Positions 1 through 9,221 of a stretch of DNA of 64,000 nucleotides are shown one piece after another. This DNA comes from an uncultured delta proteobacterium. GTDB lineage: Bacteria; Desulfobacterota; RBG-13-43-22. How positions within the stretch are numbered: position 1 is the stretch's first letter; every line of letters starts with the position of its first letter. Both the position numbers and the translations under genes were made by a program. A model generated the notes under the pieces. It saw only the letters and a program-made list of their open reading frames with translations. It had not been told where the DNA came from and searched no databases. Location: the NCBI GenBank assembly GCA_963843145.1, contig CAWJJC010000015.1, positions 1 through 64,000 of the forward strand, read 5' to 3'.

Positions 1-339
1 ATATATTGAATAGTTTCTTTTCAAAATCACGAAGTTCTTGGATTCTCAATATCAAAGTTTAAAATTTGTTTACATATCTATTTGATATTATTATATTAAT
101 TGACTTGTTCAATATCACATTTATACATTTAGTAGGTTTCCTGTTCAATATCGATGCGGCCTGTTCCGGTTCCCATACTGGCGAGGTTTGACGCCATTCT
201 TGAAAAACGAGCCGTTGGGACGATTGGCAGATTGGAGCGGCCCTGGAGGCCGTAGGTTGGGAACGAACGCCGGCATTCGTAACTCCCAGGTGCGCCGCCA
301 AAGCGGCGGGTTTATTGAAGGGATCGGATCAAAAACAGG

Positions 340-473
340 GTAAGAAATTTTGTTTGATTTTATTCCAAAAAATGCCGTTGTCAAGGATTTTGCAGTAAAT
401 CCAGTTGGGTATTCGATTGCGGGCCGGGCAGGACGACCAGCGGCAGGGGTTCGACCCGGTATAGAAGGGATAG
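340..473. repeat. Direct repeat copy 1 (~134 bp): diverged copy of the ATPase 3' end plus a sigma70-like promoter
   Basis: Aligns by eye with 1074-1207 (gtaagaa...gttgtcaaggattttgcagtaaatcca...ggatag); minus strand reads ...RVEPLPLVVLPGPQSNTQLDLLQNP* versus ...RVEALPLVDLPGLQSNTQMDLLQNP* of the ATPase. Confidence 0.9.
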
Positions 474-495
474 TTTGTATGGCTGACCTTAAAAA

Positions 496-753
496 TTATC
501 GGGAAGCCCTCTTTTTAGGCGGTCCGTCCGGTCGACCGCTTCGGCCTGTCGATTTTTGTGCGATATGGATTAGAGACCGCAGCGCTTCATTAACCGCTTC
601 CTCGGTCGAGAACACCTTGGCCACATCCGGACTGAGCAGCACAAGGTTTGTGCCTTCGCGGTACGATTCAAAGTATTGGCCACGCACTCCTGTCCCAAGG
701 TCTTCCCGCTTATACTCCGAGCGGAGTTCGTTTAATTCCTTAGCCTTCTTCAT
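496..753 (-). CDS. Putative antitoxin partner of BrnT
   Basis: 85 aa, overlaps the brnT 3' end; motif RGxY...VLLSPDVAKVFSTEEAVNEALRSL is typical of small BrnT-adjacent proteins. Confidence 0.7.
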   Translation of the reverse strand: MKKAKELNELRSEYKREDLGTGVRGQYFESYREGTNLVLLSPDVAKVFSTEEAVNEALRSLIHIAQKSTGRSGRPDGPPKKRASR

Positions 754-1012
754 AAATCACCTTTTCATGACGTTCCATTAGGCGCGCGCTAATAATTCTG
801 GTTCGGGTCCCACGTTTTGTATGGGAGACCACAATAAGACGCCTTTGAAGAGATTCCCCAAAAGTCAGCTTCCGTTCTTCTTCTTTCGAATGGTCCGGGT
901 CTGGAAACGAAATAGCCAGAGGATCGCCAAAAACTGTTGCAGCTTCTTGAAACGTGACTCCATGTTTTTTGAGGTTTTTCTCAGTCTTCTTGGGATCCCA
1001 CTCAAATCTCAT
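740..1012 (-). CDS. brnT: BrnT family ribonuclease toxin
   Basis: MRFEWDPKK..NLKKHGVTFQEA..VF.DP...DHS..EER...RIISAR family signature. Confidence 0.9.
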   Translation of the reverse strand: MRFEWDPKKTEKNLKKHGVTFQEAATVFGDPLAISFPDPDHSKEEERKLTFGESLQRRLIVVSHTKRGTRTRIISARLMERHEKVIYEEG

Positions 1013-1073
1013 AGTAATAACTAAAATAACAGAACTGGCAGATTTCGTAGTAATTCAGAAGGTTAAAATTAGA

Positions 1074-1207
1074 GTAAGAATTTCGTTCGATTTTATTCCA
1101 AAAACCGGGGTTGTCAAGGATTTTGCAGTAAATCCATTTGGGTATTCGATTGCAGGCCGGGCAGGTCGACGAGCGGCAGGGCCTCGACCCGGTCTAGAAG
1201 AGGATAG
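1074..1207. repeat. Direct repeat copy 2 (true ATPase 3' end plus promoter)
   Basis: Partner of 340-473. Confidence 0.9.
1090..1117 (-). promoter_or_regulatory. sigma70-like promoter upstream of brnT
   Basis: Minus strand TTGACA-N16-TAAAAT; the same elements and spacing are kept in the repeat copy at ~357-384. Confidence 0.55.
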
Positions 1208-2295
1208 CGTTCCGTGCCCGGATAGACCACGTATAATTTTTCCAACTGCAGGTCTTCCAGAGCCACGTGCATCGACCTGGTCAGGGTCGGGGCGTCCGTG
1301 CATTTGAATTCGAATCCAACCCTGCGTCCCTTCCGCAGGAGCAGCAGGTCCAACTCCGCTCCTCGCTGGGTGCTCCAGAAATAGGCATCCCGCTCGCCCC
1401 ACATCTGGAGGACCTGTTCCAGGGCAAACCCCTCCCAGGAGGCCCCGTAGCGGGGATGGGACCGCAGTTCTTTCAGAGAACCAATGCCCAGCAGGTAATG
1501 AAGGAGCCCACTGTCCCGGACGTAAATCTTGGGGGCCTTGACCTGCCTTTTTTTCAGGTTCTCAAACCAGGGCGGCAAGACTCGCAGGATATAAGCCCCC
1601 TGAAGTATATCGAGGTAATGACGGGTCGTTTTCGGGGTTACGGCTAGGGATCGGGCCAGCTCGGAGCCGTTCCAAATCTGCCCATGATAATGAGCGTTCA
1701 TTGTCCAGAACCGGCGCAGGGCTTCAGCGGGGATGCGCAGACCCAGTTGAGGAATATCCCGTTCCAGGAAGGTGGCGGCAAACCCCTCCAGCCAGCGCCC
1801 GGCTGCCCCGTCATTCGCCGCGAGAAAGGCCCGGGGAAATCCCCCCCGTAGCCAGAGGCGGTTTTGCTGTTCCTTTCCCACTTCGTCAAGGGAAAACCCG
1901 GCCACCGGAATAAAAAGGACCCGCCCAGCCAGAGTCTCGGAGACTCCACGGACCAGATCTGGCGAGGCGCTGCCCAGAAGCAGAAATTTAGCCGGGTTAT
2001 CGGGTCGGTCGCAGAGCGGTCGCAGTACTTCAAACAGGGACGGAAGCCGCTGAACTTCATCGATCACAACCAGGCCTTTGGCTTCGCCCAGCGTCAGTTC
2101 CGGTGTTGCCAGGGCTGCCCGGCCGGCAGCCTGTTCCAGATCAAAAAAATGGACCGGACTGTATTCTTCAGCCACCATCCGGGCCAGTGTGGTTTTTCCG
2201 GTCTGCCGGGCCCCTAGAAGCACCGTTACCGGCGCTTCAGCCAGATTTTGCCGGATCTGTGACATCAAACGTGGTCTGGGAATTAATTGTTGCAT
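1114..2295 (-). CDS. AAA+ ATPase (AAA_14 plus DUF4143)
   Basis: Walker A GARQTGKT, Walker B VVIDEVQ, LAGR, K.PK.Y..DSG and ELD motifs. Confidence 0.9.
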   Translation of the reverse strand: MQQLIPRPRLMSQIRQNLAEAPVTVLLGARQTGKTTLARMVAEEYSPVHFFDLEQAAGRAALATPELTLGEAKGLVVIDEVQRLPSLFEVLRPLCDRPDNPAKFLLLGSASPDLVRGVSETLAGRVLFIPVAGFSLDEVGKEQQNRLWLRGGFPRAFLAANDGAAGRWLEGFAATFLERDIPQLGLRIPAEALRRFWTMNAHYHGQIWNGSELARSLAVTPKTTRHYLDILQGAYILRVLPPWFENLKKRQVKAPKIYVRDSGLLHYLLGIGSLKELRSHPRYGASWEGFALEQVLQMWGERDAYFWSTQRGAELDLLLLRKGRRVGFEFKCTDAPTLTRSMHVALEDLQLEKLYVVYPGTERYPLLDRVEALPLVDLPGLQSNTQMDLLQNP

Positions 2296-2435
2296 ATTGG
2301 TATTTTAGTTACTAATTTTCAACATTGTCAATTAAATAATTTGCCCGACAGGACTGCTAAAAAATAGACATAACTACTTGAAAAATAAAATTAATACTTG
2401 ATAACCTGATCAAAACCTGCTATGGGAGACAACCG

Positions 2436-2726
2436 ATGGCCGTCATGACCACCACGGAATTTTCGAAAAACATGAAGAAAATGCTCGCCAACTGGAGTTT
2501 GGGGGAGAGGAAATCATTTTAGTTCGGAACAAAAATAAAATCGTCCGAATCATTCCCGGCTCCCCCCACCTTACGGCCATTGAAGCCCTGGGGGATATCT
2601 ACAGAATCTTAGAGCCCGAAGCCGCCGTGGATTGGATAGAGGATAGCCGGATGGAGGGAAAAGTGGTCGCAGGAATGAGAGATCCGTCGGATTCCTGATC
2701 GACCCCTGTTTTTAATACGATCTATG
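2436..2726 (+). pseudogene. Decayed Phd/YefM antitoxin plus a stub of a VapC (PIN) toxin
   Basis: MAVMTTTEFSKNMKKML / frameshift / LEFGGEEIILVRNKNKIVRIIP...MRDPSDS*, overlapping a GFLID stub that stops at once. Confidence 0.6.
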
Positions 2727-2759
2727 TTTTTTGCATCCCGGCCGATCTCAAGAAGCTGG

Positions 2760-3746
2760 TCATGACCGGATAATATTTTCCTCTTTGATTCTTCCGAGGG
2801 ATGCTTCCAGGATCGAGCGCGCCTCCTCCACCGTGACGCTCTGAAAGCGCACGGTTTCCCGCAGCGGCAACTGGGCCATGCGGTCCATGTCCGCTGCGAT
2901 CAGGCAGGCGATCTTCACATAGCCGCCCATGGTCACCCCGTCGACGCCCAGGCAGATGGGTTCCTTGCCGGCCGGTATCTGGATGGCGCCGATGGCGTTG
3001 CCTTCATCCACGATGTTGGAAGGGTCCAGCCCGGCATCCCGGGACTCGGCGCGTTCTTTAAAATAGAGCTGCGGCCCCTCAAAGCGGTAACCCACCCGGT
3101 TGGCCCGAATGGAAACCCGGTAATCGGAATTTAAAAAACAGGCGACACTCTCTTCCTTTACGTGGTCGTCCTGGGGGCCCAGGATCACCCGCAGCACCTT
3201 CTCCTCGCCCGGCTGCGGGAGAATTCCCTTTTTGGCCTTCCGACCTTTTAGGACCTCCAGCGCCGCCCGGGGAACGCCGACCTCCAGGAGATCCCCTTTC
3301 TTCAATACCCGGCCGCGGACGCCGCCCAACCCGCCCAGGGTGTAGGTGGACTTGGATCCCAGCACCTGAGGGACGTCAATGCCTCCGGCCACGCACAAAT
3401 ACCCCCGCCACCCGCTGAGGGCCCGACCGATGGCCAGGAGGTCGCCGGGTCGAAGCGGGACGGTTTCCCACCCGGGAACCGGATTTCCGTTCACGGACGA
3501 CTCGAACCGGCCCCCGGTCAGGGCGACCACGGTTTCCTGAAGCGCTCGCAGCGTCAGCCCTTGGGCGGTCATTTCCAGACCCGCTTCCTCCTGGGGATTC
3601 TGCACCAGCAGATTTCCCAGCCGCAGCGCCGAGCGGTCCATAGCTCCGGAAGGAGGTATGCCGCTGGCTAAATGCCCCCTGCGGCCCAGGTCCTGGACGG
3701 TGGAGAAAATTCCCGGTTGAATGACCTCAAAGGTTGCCTGGCTCAC
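2760..3746 (-). CDS. pxpC: 5-oxoprolinase subunit C (carboxyltransferase/KipA-like)
   Basis: TVQDLGR, SGAMD, LGSKST, R.GYR, GAIQ.P, T.GGY motifs. Confidence 0.88.
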   Translation of the reverse strand: MSQATFEVIQPGIFSTVQDLGRRGHLASGIPPSGAMDRSALRLGNLLVQNPQEEAGLEMTAQGLTLRALQETVVALTGGRFESSVNGNPVPGWETVPLRPGDLLAIGRALSGWRGYLCVAGGIDVPQVLGSKSTYTLGGLGGVRGRVLKKGDLLEVGVPRAALEVLKGRKAKKGILPQPGEEKVLRVILGPQDDHVKEESVACFLNSDYRVSIRANRVGYRFEGPQLYFKERAESRDAGLDPSNIVDEGNAIGAIQIPAGKEPICLGVDGVTMGGYVKIACLIAADMDRMAQLPLRETVRFQSVTVEEARSILEASLGRIKEENIIRS

Positions 3747-3767
3747 CGTTCCCTCCTTTCAGCCGTT

Positions 3768-4532
3768 TTAAAGACGATACGATTCTTTCCTAATTTTGAA
3801 TTCGTAGCTTTCTTCCCAGACTTTCTGACGGATGAAGTCGAATTCTTCGGCGTCCACCGGGACGAACTTGAGGCGGTCCCCGATCTGCAGCAGCACCGGT
3901 GATTTTTCGAAGATGGAGAGGCTCTGATAGCGGTCGTACAGGGGGACCGGAGTGAGCCCCATCATCTGGTAGCCCCCCGGGCTGACCACCGGGTAGATGG
4001 CGGTGATGCTGCCGCCCAGGGCCACCGTCCCTTTGGGGGTGTATATCCGGGGTGAGATGTATTTGGGGACCGAGAGCAGCCGCTCCGGGTTGAGCTGCAT
4101 GAGCTGGGGGGACCCGGGCGTAAAGCCCACCATCCCCACCCAGTGGAGGGTCTGCGAATGGATCCGGACCACTTCTTCGGGGGAAAGATGGTTGCTTTCA
4201 GCCACAAAGTCGAGGTCCGGACCCCAGCGCCCCCCGTATTTGACCGGCAGCTCAATCAGCCGGGAAGGCACCTCGGTCACCTCGGGGATCACGTCGAGGA
4301 TCCGTTTCAATTCGGCGACGAGGTCCCGGGTGTGGACCTCCAGGTTGTCGTACGACAGGAGCAGGGACCTCCAGCCGGGGAAGGTCTCGATGCATCCCTT
4401 GATCCGGGCCTCCTGGATGGCCCGGTCCAATCCGATGACCTTGAAATTGGCCCGCAGGGTCATCTCGTCGCCGATCTCGATCGTCAGGTATTGATCGCCG
4501 GAATACAGGTAGCGCGGGGATTCATAAATCAT
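3768..4532 (-). CDS. pxpB: 5-oxoprolinase subunit B (KipI-like)
   Basis: PV.YGG..GPDL..VA, GFTPG, IYP..SPGGY; ATG 4532 has a GAGG RBS. Confidence 0.88.
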   Translation of the reverse strand: MIYESPRYLYSGDQYLTIEIGDEMTLRANFKVIGLDRAIQEARIKGCIETFPGWRSLLLSYDNLEVHTRDLVAELKRILDVIPEVTEVPSRLIELPVKYGGRWGPDLDFVAESNHLSPEEVVRIHSQTLHWVGMVGFTPGSPQLMQLNPERLLSVPKYISPRIYTPKGTVALGGSITAIYPVVSPGGYQMMGLTPVPLYDRYQSLSIFEKSPVLLQIGDRLKFVPVDAEEFDFIRQKVWEESYEFKIRKESYRL

Positions 4533-4543
4533 GGTGGTGTTCC

Positions 4544-5311
4544 TCACCAGCTATGCTGGCGTAGGGGAAGAATCTTCACCCCTTTGCTCTCCAGGTCCTT
4601 CCGAACGGCCTGAACGATTTCCGGCCCCTTGGGGTTATCCCCGTGGAAACAGACGCTGGTTCCCCGGGTCTCGATTTCCGTTCCGTCCGAGGCCGTAACT
4701 TTTCCCTCCAGCACTATCCTGGAAACTTTGGCCACCGTTTCGGCGATATCGATTTCCTCGTGAACCTTCTTGATGAAGGTGGTGCCGTCCGGGGCGTAGT
4801 CCAGATCGGCGTAGATTTCTCCGGCCACGCGGATCCCCATGGATCGGGCCAGCTCATAGGGAATGGTGCCGTAGAGGGCTAAAAAGATCGGTTCGGGCTT
4901 GATCGACCGGATCGCCTCCAGGATGCCACGGGCCAGGGCCTCATCCTTCCAGCCCATGGTATAAAGCTGGCCGTGCGGCTTGACGTGCTGCAATTCCACC
5001 CCGGCGGCTCCACAGAAGGCCTTCAGCGCCCCTACCTGATAGAGGATGTAATCTTTCGCCTCTTCCGGGGTGACCTCCAGTTTCCTTCTCCCGAATCCGA
5101 TCAGGTCCGGGTACCCGGGGTGGGCCCCCACGGCCACACCATACTGCTTGGCCAGGGCCACCGTTTTTCTCATGACATGCGGGTCTCCGGCATGGAGACC
5201 TCCGGCCACGCTGATCGAGGTTACAAATTTCATCATCGCTTCATCGTTGCCGATCTTGAAAATGCCGAAGCTTTCGCCCATGTCACAGTTCAGATCGATC
5301 GCCTTGGCCAT
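4544..5311 (-). CDS. pxpA: 5-oxoprolinase subunit A (LamB/YcsF)
   Basis: IDLNCDMGESFG, HAGDP, GAHP.YPD..GFGRR, HVKPHG, C.HGDNP. Confidence 0.92.
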   Translation of the reverse strand: MAKAIDLNCDMGESFGIFKIGNDEAMMKFVTSISVAGGLHAGDPHVMRKTVALAKQYGVAVGAHPGYPDLIGFGRRKLEVTPEEAKDYILYQVGALKAFCGAAGVELQHVKPHGQLYTMGWKDEALARGILEAIRSIKPEPIFLALYGTIPYELARSMGIRVAGEIYADLDYAPDGTTFIKKVHEEIDIAETVAKVSRIVLEGKVTASDGTEIETRGTSVCFHGDNPKGPEIVQAVRKDLESKGVKILPLRQHSW

Positions 5312-5411
5312 GGCCCGCCCCTTTCTATTCGAACTTATCTAAAATATATCCTCGGTCCGTCTTTAATATGAAAATAAAGTTGATCACCGATTATTAAGCT
5401 TTTGTCTTTGG

Positions 5412-5441
5412 TCGTCATCCCGGACCTGATCCGGGATCCAG
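5412..5441. repeat. REP-like palindrome (GTCAT(T/C)CC...GGATCCAG family)
   Basis: tcgtcatcccggacctgatccgggatccag; related copies at ~14660-14790, 15933-16121, 20605-20850. Confidence 0.7.
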
Positions 5442-5624
5442 GGTAGTTGAAGTTTGGTTGGCCTGGATTACGGCCATTCGACTAAGCTCATGGCCCTGAG
5501 TAAGCCGAAGGGCTTTCACCGGAAGGACGCCCTTTTGGCTAGCCAAATATTTTCATGCTTCGGGGTGCCCGCCCCGGGCATGGGGGTTTAATACGAAAAT
5601 AGAACCCGGCGCCACTCGGGCATT

Positions 5625-5670
5625 CATCAATAATTAATAATGAACAATTGATTATTAATTATTAATGTCA
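5625..5670. repeat. AT-rich heptamer palindromic repeat
   Basis: taattaa taatgaa caattga ttattaa ttattaa; similar runs at ~19560, ~20880, ~30195. Confidence 0.65.
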
Positions 5671-5717
5671 ATCAGTTAGGCTTATGTTCGCCCCTTTATT
5701 TTCATGCTTGGATGAAA

Positions 5718-6467
5718 TTATTGAATGATCAGTCCCCCATCTATCGTCAGCGTGATCCCGTTGACAAAATCCGAATCGTCGGAAGCCAGGTAGACCGCCC
5801 CCGGGGCGATGTCCTGGACCCGGCCGACCCGGCCGTAGGGGGTGTTGTCGACCCGGGACTTGAGATACTTCGGCTGGCTCAGGAGGTGTTCATTAAGCGG
5901 GGTGGCCACGTCGCCCGGCGCGATGCAATTGATGTTGATTTTTTTGGGGGCCAGTTCCATGGCCAAGGCCTTGGTCATGCCCATGATTCCTCCTTTGGAG
6001 GCGCAGTAGGCCGCGCTGTTGGGGAACCCGATCTGTCCGGCGATGGAGGCAATCATGATGACCTTGCCTTTGCCCTGTTTGAGCATTTCCGGGACGGCCC
6101 GTTGGACGGCCAGAAAACTGCCCTTCAAATTGATGTCGATGGTGTCGTCCCAGATTTTTTCCGAGTGTTTGGCCAGGGTCGCGCTGAAGAGGACGCCGGC
6201 GCAGGTGGCCAGGATATCCAGCTTACCGAAGGCGCTGATCGTTTCCTTCACCATTCGGTCCACAGCGGAGGGCTGAGAGACATCCCCGACGACGGCCAGG
6301 GCCTTCCCCCCTTTCTTGGTGATTTCCCTGACCACCTGATTCAGCTTGTTCATCCGGCGTCCGGTGATGGCCACCCGCGCCCCTTCCCTGGCGAATTCAA
6401 CGGCAATCGCCCGGCCGATGCCCGTGCCTCCCCCCGTTACCAATGCCACTTTATTTTTTAATCTCAC
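5718..6467 (-). CDS. SDR family oxidoreductase (FabG/glucose dehydrogenase-like)
   Basis: TGGGTGIG, YCASK catalytic motif; GTG start at 6467 preceded by AAGGAGG. Confidence 0.92.
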   Translation of the reverse strand: MRLKNKVALVTGGGTGIGRAIAVEFAREGARVAITGRRMNKLNQVVREITKKGGKALAVVGDVSQPSAVDRMVKETISAFGKLDILATCAGVLFSATLAKHSEKIWDDTIDINLKGSFLAVQRAVPEMLKQGKGKVIMIASIAGQIGFPNSAAYCASKGGIMGMTKALAMELAPKKININCIAPGDVATPLNEHLLSQPKYLKSRVDNTPYGRVGRVQDIAPGAVYLASDDSDFVNGITLTIDGGLIIQ

Positions 6468-6732
6468 GGCTGCCTCCTTTTCCTTCGGTCGAAGGTTTTT
6501 ATTCATCCGACCCCTGGGCCGGCCTTGGGAAACCCTTAATACAAACGTTTGAACAGCCAATAGAAAGAATTAATAAACATATTTTCAATAAGTTAAAAGA
6601 TAAGGTGCCCTGATCGACTTGTTTTTGCTAAAGATACCCTCGGATGAGCTTTCTTTTAGTTAATTATCTAGATAGCCTAAAAAAGTCAACAATTTTTCTT
6701 GACACCCCTTGGGATGGGACGGTATTAATTAA

Positions 6733-6746
6733 TGCTAACGTTTGCA
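6733..6746. promoter_or_regulatory. LacI-type operator overlapping the aminotransferase promoter region
   Basis: TGCTAACGTTTGCA near-palindrome just after TTGACA(6699)-N18-TATTAA; second site TACAAACGTTTGAA at 6540-6553; LacI gene in the same operon. Confidence 0.6.
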
Positions 6747-6759
6747 TAAGGAGAAGCCG

Positions 6760-8160
6760 ATGAGCGTATCCAGGAAAAACGAGTCCTATTTTAAGAAGCT
6801 TAATTGGAAGGCCCCTCAGGTCCAGGTCCCCCCTCCGGGTCCCAAGGCGCAGGCGCTGCTGGAGCGGCAAAAAAAGGTCGATTCCCAGGCGCTGGTCTAT
6901 CCCTCCCAAATCCCGCTGGCTCCGGAAAAAGGCCTGGGGGCCACGGTCAGGGATGCGGATCAGAATATCTTCATCGATTTCAGCGGTGGCGTAGGGGTGC
7001 TGAATGTCGGGCATTCCAACCCGAAGGTAGTAGAAGCCATCAAGAAACAGGCGGACCAGCTTACGCACGCGCTGGATTTTCCAGGTCCCCCCCGGGTCCG
7101 GCTGTCGGAAAAACTGGTTGAAATAGCCCCGGGAAAGATGCGGGGGGACTGCCGGGTATTTCTCAGCGGTCCCACCGGGGCCGACGCGGTGGAAGCCGCG
7201 GTGAAGCTGGGGAAATTTTACAGCGGGAAACCCGGGGTCATCTCCTTTGAAGGGGGCTGGCACGGGGTGACCGGGGCCGGGTTGGCGGCCACCGGTAAAC
7301 GGGGGGCCAAGGAGCGCTTTCTGCCCTTAATGCCCGAAGTCTACATCATCCCCTACGCCTACTGCTATCGCTGTGCCTTCGGCCTGGAGTACCCCTTCTG
7401 CGATCTCCAGTGCGCCAAGTATCTGGAGCATATCATCCGAGATCCGGATTCCGGCGCCACCAGTCCCGGCTCCATCCTGATTGAACCCATTCAAGGGGAG
7501 GGCGGGATTGTGGTGCCGCCACCCAGTTACCTCAAAGAGGTCCGACGGATCGCCACCCAATACGGCCTGGTCCTGATCATGGATGAAATTCAGACCGGTT
7601 TCGCCCGGACCGGGAAGATGTTCTGTTGTGAACACGCGGGCGTCACGCCGGATATCCTGACCGTATCCAAAACCATGGGCGGAGGGTTGCCCCTGGCCGC
7701 AGCCCTGATTAAAAAGGAATTCGATACCTGGCCGGCCGGGGCCCACGTGGGCACCTTTCGAGGCAATCTGCTCTCCTGTGCGGCCGGCCTGGCCGCCATC
7801 GATTTTATCGAAACGGCCGACCTGGTGGCCCGGGCAGAGGAATTAGGGCAAATGGCCCTGGAGCGGTTGAAACCCATAGCCCGGAAGAGCCGGTTCATCG
7901 GTGATCTCCGGGGCCAGGGCTTGTATATCGGGGCGGAGTTCGTTCAGGATAAAACCACCAAGGAACCGGCGCCCGAGGTCCTCAAACAACTCCAGGAACG
8001 CTGCTTTCAGAAGGGCCTCATCCTCTGGAAAGGAGGCCGCTGGAATAACGTGGCCCGGTTCCTCCCGGCACTGGTGATTACCGAAGACTTGCTCCTACGG
8101 GGAATCGAAATTTTTGAGAAAGAATTGAAAGCCCTCGAGCGCGGAAAAAGCAATTCATGA
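6760..8160 (+). CDS. Class III PLP aminotransferase (4-aminobutyrate/diaminobutyrate transaminase-like)
   Basis: GPTGADAVEAAVK, F.GGWHG, EPIQGEGG, DEIQTGFARTGK, SK..GGG.P, H.GTFRGN. Confidence 0.9.
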   Translation: MSVSRKNESYFKKLNWKAPQVQVPPPGPKAQALLERQKKVDSQALVYPSQIPLAPEKGLGATVRDADQNIFIDFSGGVGVLNVGHSNPKVVEAIKKQADQLTHALDFPGPPRVRLSEKLVEIAPGKMRGDCRVFLSGPTGADAVEAAVKLGKFYSGKPGVISFEGGWHGVTGAGLAATGKRGAKERFLPLMPEVYIIPYAYCYRCAFGLEYPFCDLQCAKYLEHIIRDPDSGATSPGSILIEPIQGEGGIVVPPPSYLKEVRRIATQYGLVLIMDEIQTGFARTGKMFCCEHAGVTPDILTVSKTMGGGLPLAAALIKKEFDTWPAGAHVGTFRGNLLSCAAGLAAIDFIETADLVARAEELGQMALERLKPIARKSRFIGDLRGQGLYIGAEFVQDKTTKEPAPEVLKQLQERCFQKGLILWKGGRWNNVARFLPALVITEDLLLRGIEIFEKELKALERGKSNS

Positions 8161-9185
8161 ACCAGCGCCGCGTAACCATCAAGGATATCGCTCGAGAGAC
8201 CCACCTGACCCCTTCCTCGGTATCCCGGGCCTTGAACGATCATCCCCGCATCAGCCCGGAGACCAAGGCCAGGGTTTTGCACATCGCCCAGAAACTCAAC
8301 TATTCTCCCAATTTATTCGCCCGTGGGCTGGTTAAAAAAAAGACCAACCTGATCGGTCTCCTGGCCTATGATTTCCGCAACCCTTTTTATGCCGAACTGA
8401 CCCGCTCCCTGCAGGACACGGCCCAGGAGCTGGGTTACTGGGTCATTCAGGCCAGCACCGACGACGACCGGGAAAAGGCCGATGCCCTGATCGACTCCAT
8501 GGTCCGGACGGGAGTGGAAGGGATCATTTTCGCCTCCTGCAAACTCCAGGACAAGGCCGTGGAATCCCTGATCAAGGACGATTTCCCGGTGGTGTTGGTC
8601 AATCGCAGGCTGAACCAAGACCTGGGCGATTATGTCGTTTTGGATAACCACTACGGGGCCTACCTGATCGTCAATCACCTCATCAACCAGGAGCATCGTC
8701 GCATTGCCCTGATCTCCGGGCCCCGTTCGGTTTCCACCAGTGCCGATCGGACTCAGGGTTATTTAAAAGCCCTGAAGGACCGAGGGTTGAAGGTCGACCG
8801 GTCCATCATCAAATACGGGGCCTTTTCCCAGGAAACGGGATTTAAATATACCAAGCAGTTGATGACCCTCCTGAACCCGCCACGGGCCATCTTTTGCGGC
8901 GATGACGCCATCGCCCTGGGGGCCATGAAGGCCCTGGGGACCCTGGGCCTGCGGGTTCCGGAAGAGGTATCCGTGGTGGGTTTCGACGACGCCGAAATTT
9001 CCTCCCATCCCCTGATCAAATTGACCACGGTCAGCCAGAATCTGAAGAAGATGGGGCGCCTGGCGGCCAAAACGCTGATTGACCGGATCGAAGGCCGGCA
9101 AAAAACCCAGCAGCGGATCTTACTGGAACCTCATCTGATTATTCGGCGGTCGTGCGGGTACAAATTCAAGGCCGAGACCGGGTAA
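8157..9185 (+). CDS. LacI family transcriptional regulator
   Basis: TIKDIA...SSVSRALN HTH plus periplasmic-binding-fold domain, GFDD. Confidence 0.95.
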   Translation: MNQRRVTIKDIARETHLTPSSVSRALNDHPRISPETKARVLHIAQKLNYSPNLFARGLVKKKTNLIGLLAYDFRNPFYAELTRSLQDTAQELGYWVIQASTDDDREKADALIDSMVRTGVEGIIFASCKLQDKAVESLIKDDFPVVLVNRRLNQDLGDYVVLDNHYGAYLIVNHLINQEHRRIALISGPRSVSTSADRTQGYLKALKDRGLKVDRSIIKYGAFSQETGFKYTKQLMTLLNPPRAIFCGDDAIALGAMKALGTLGLRVPEEVSVVGFDDAEISSHPLIKLTTVSQNLKKMGRLAAKTLIDRIEGRQKTQQRILLEPHLIIRRSCGYKFKAETG

Positions 9186-9221
9186 GCCCTTGGGCCTGGA
9201 AGAGGTGAATCCGAAGAACTA

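Noticed and set aside
1-340. CDS in the AT-rich left edge
   Set aside because: Only short motif-free ORFs; cannot be supported without upstream sequence.
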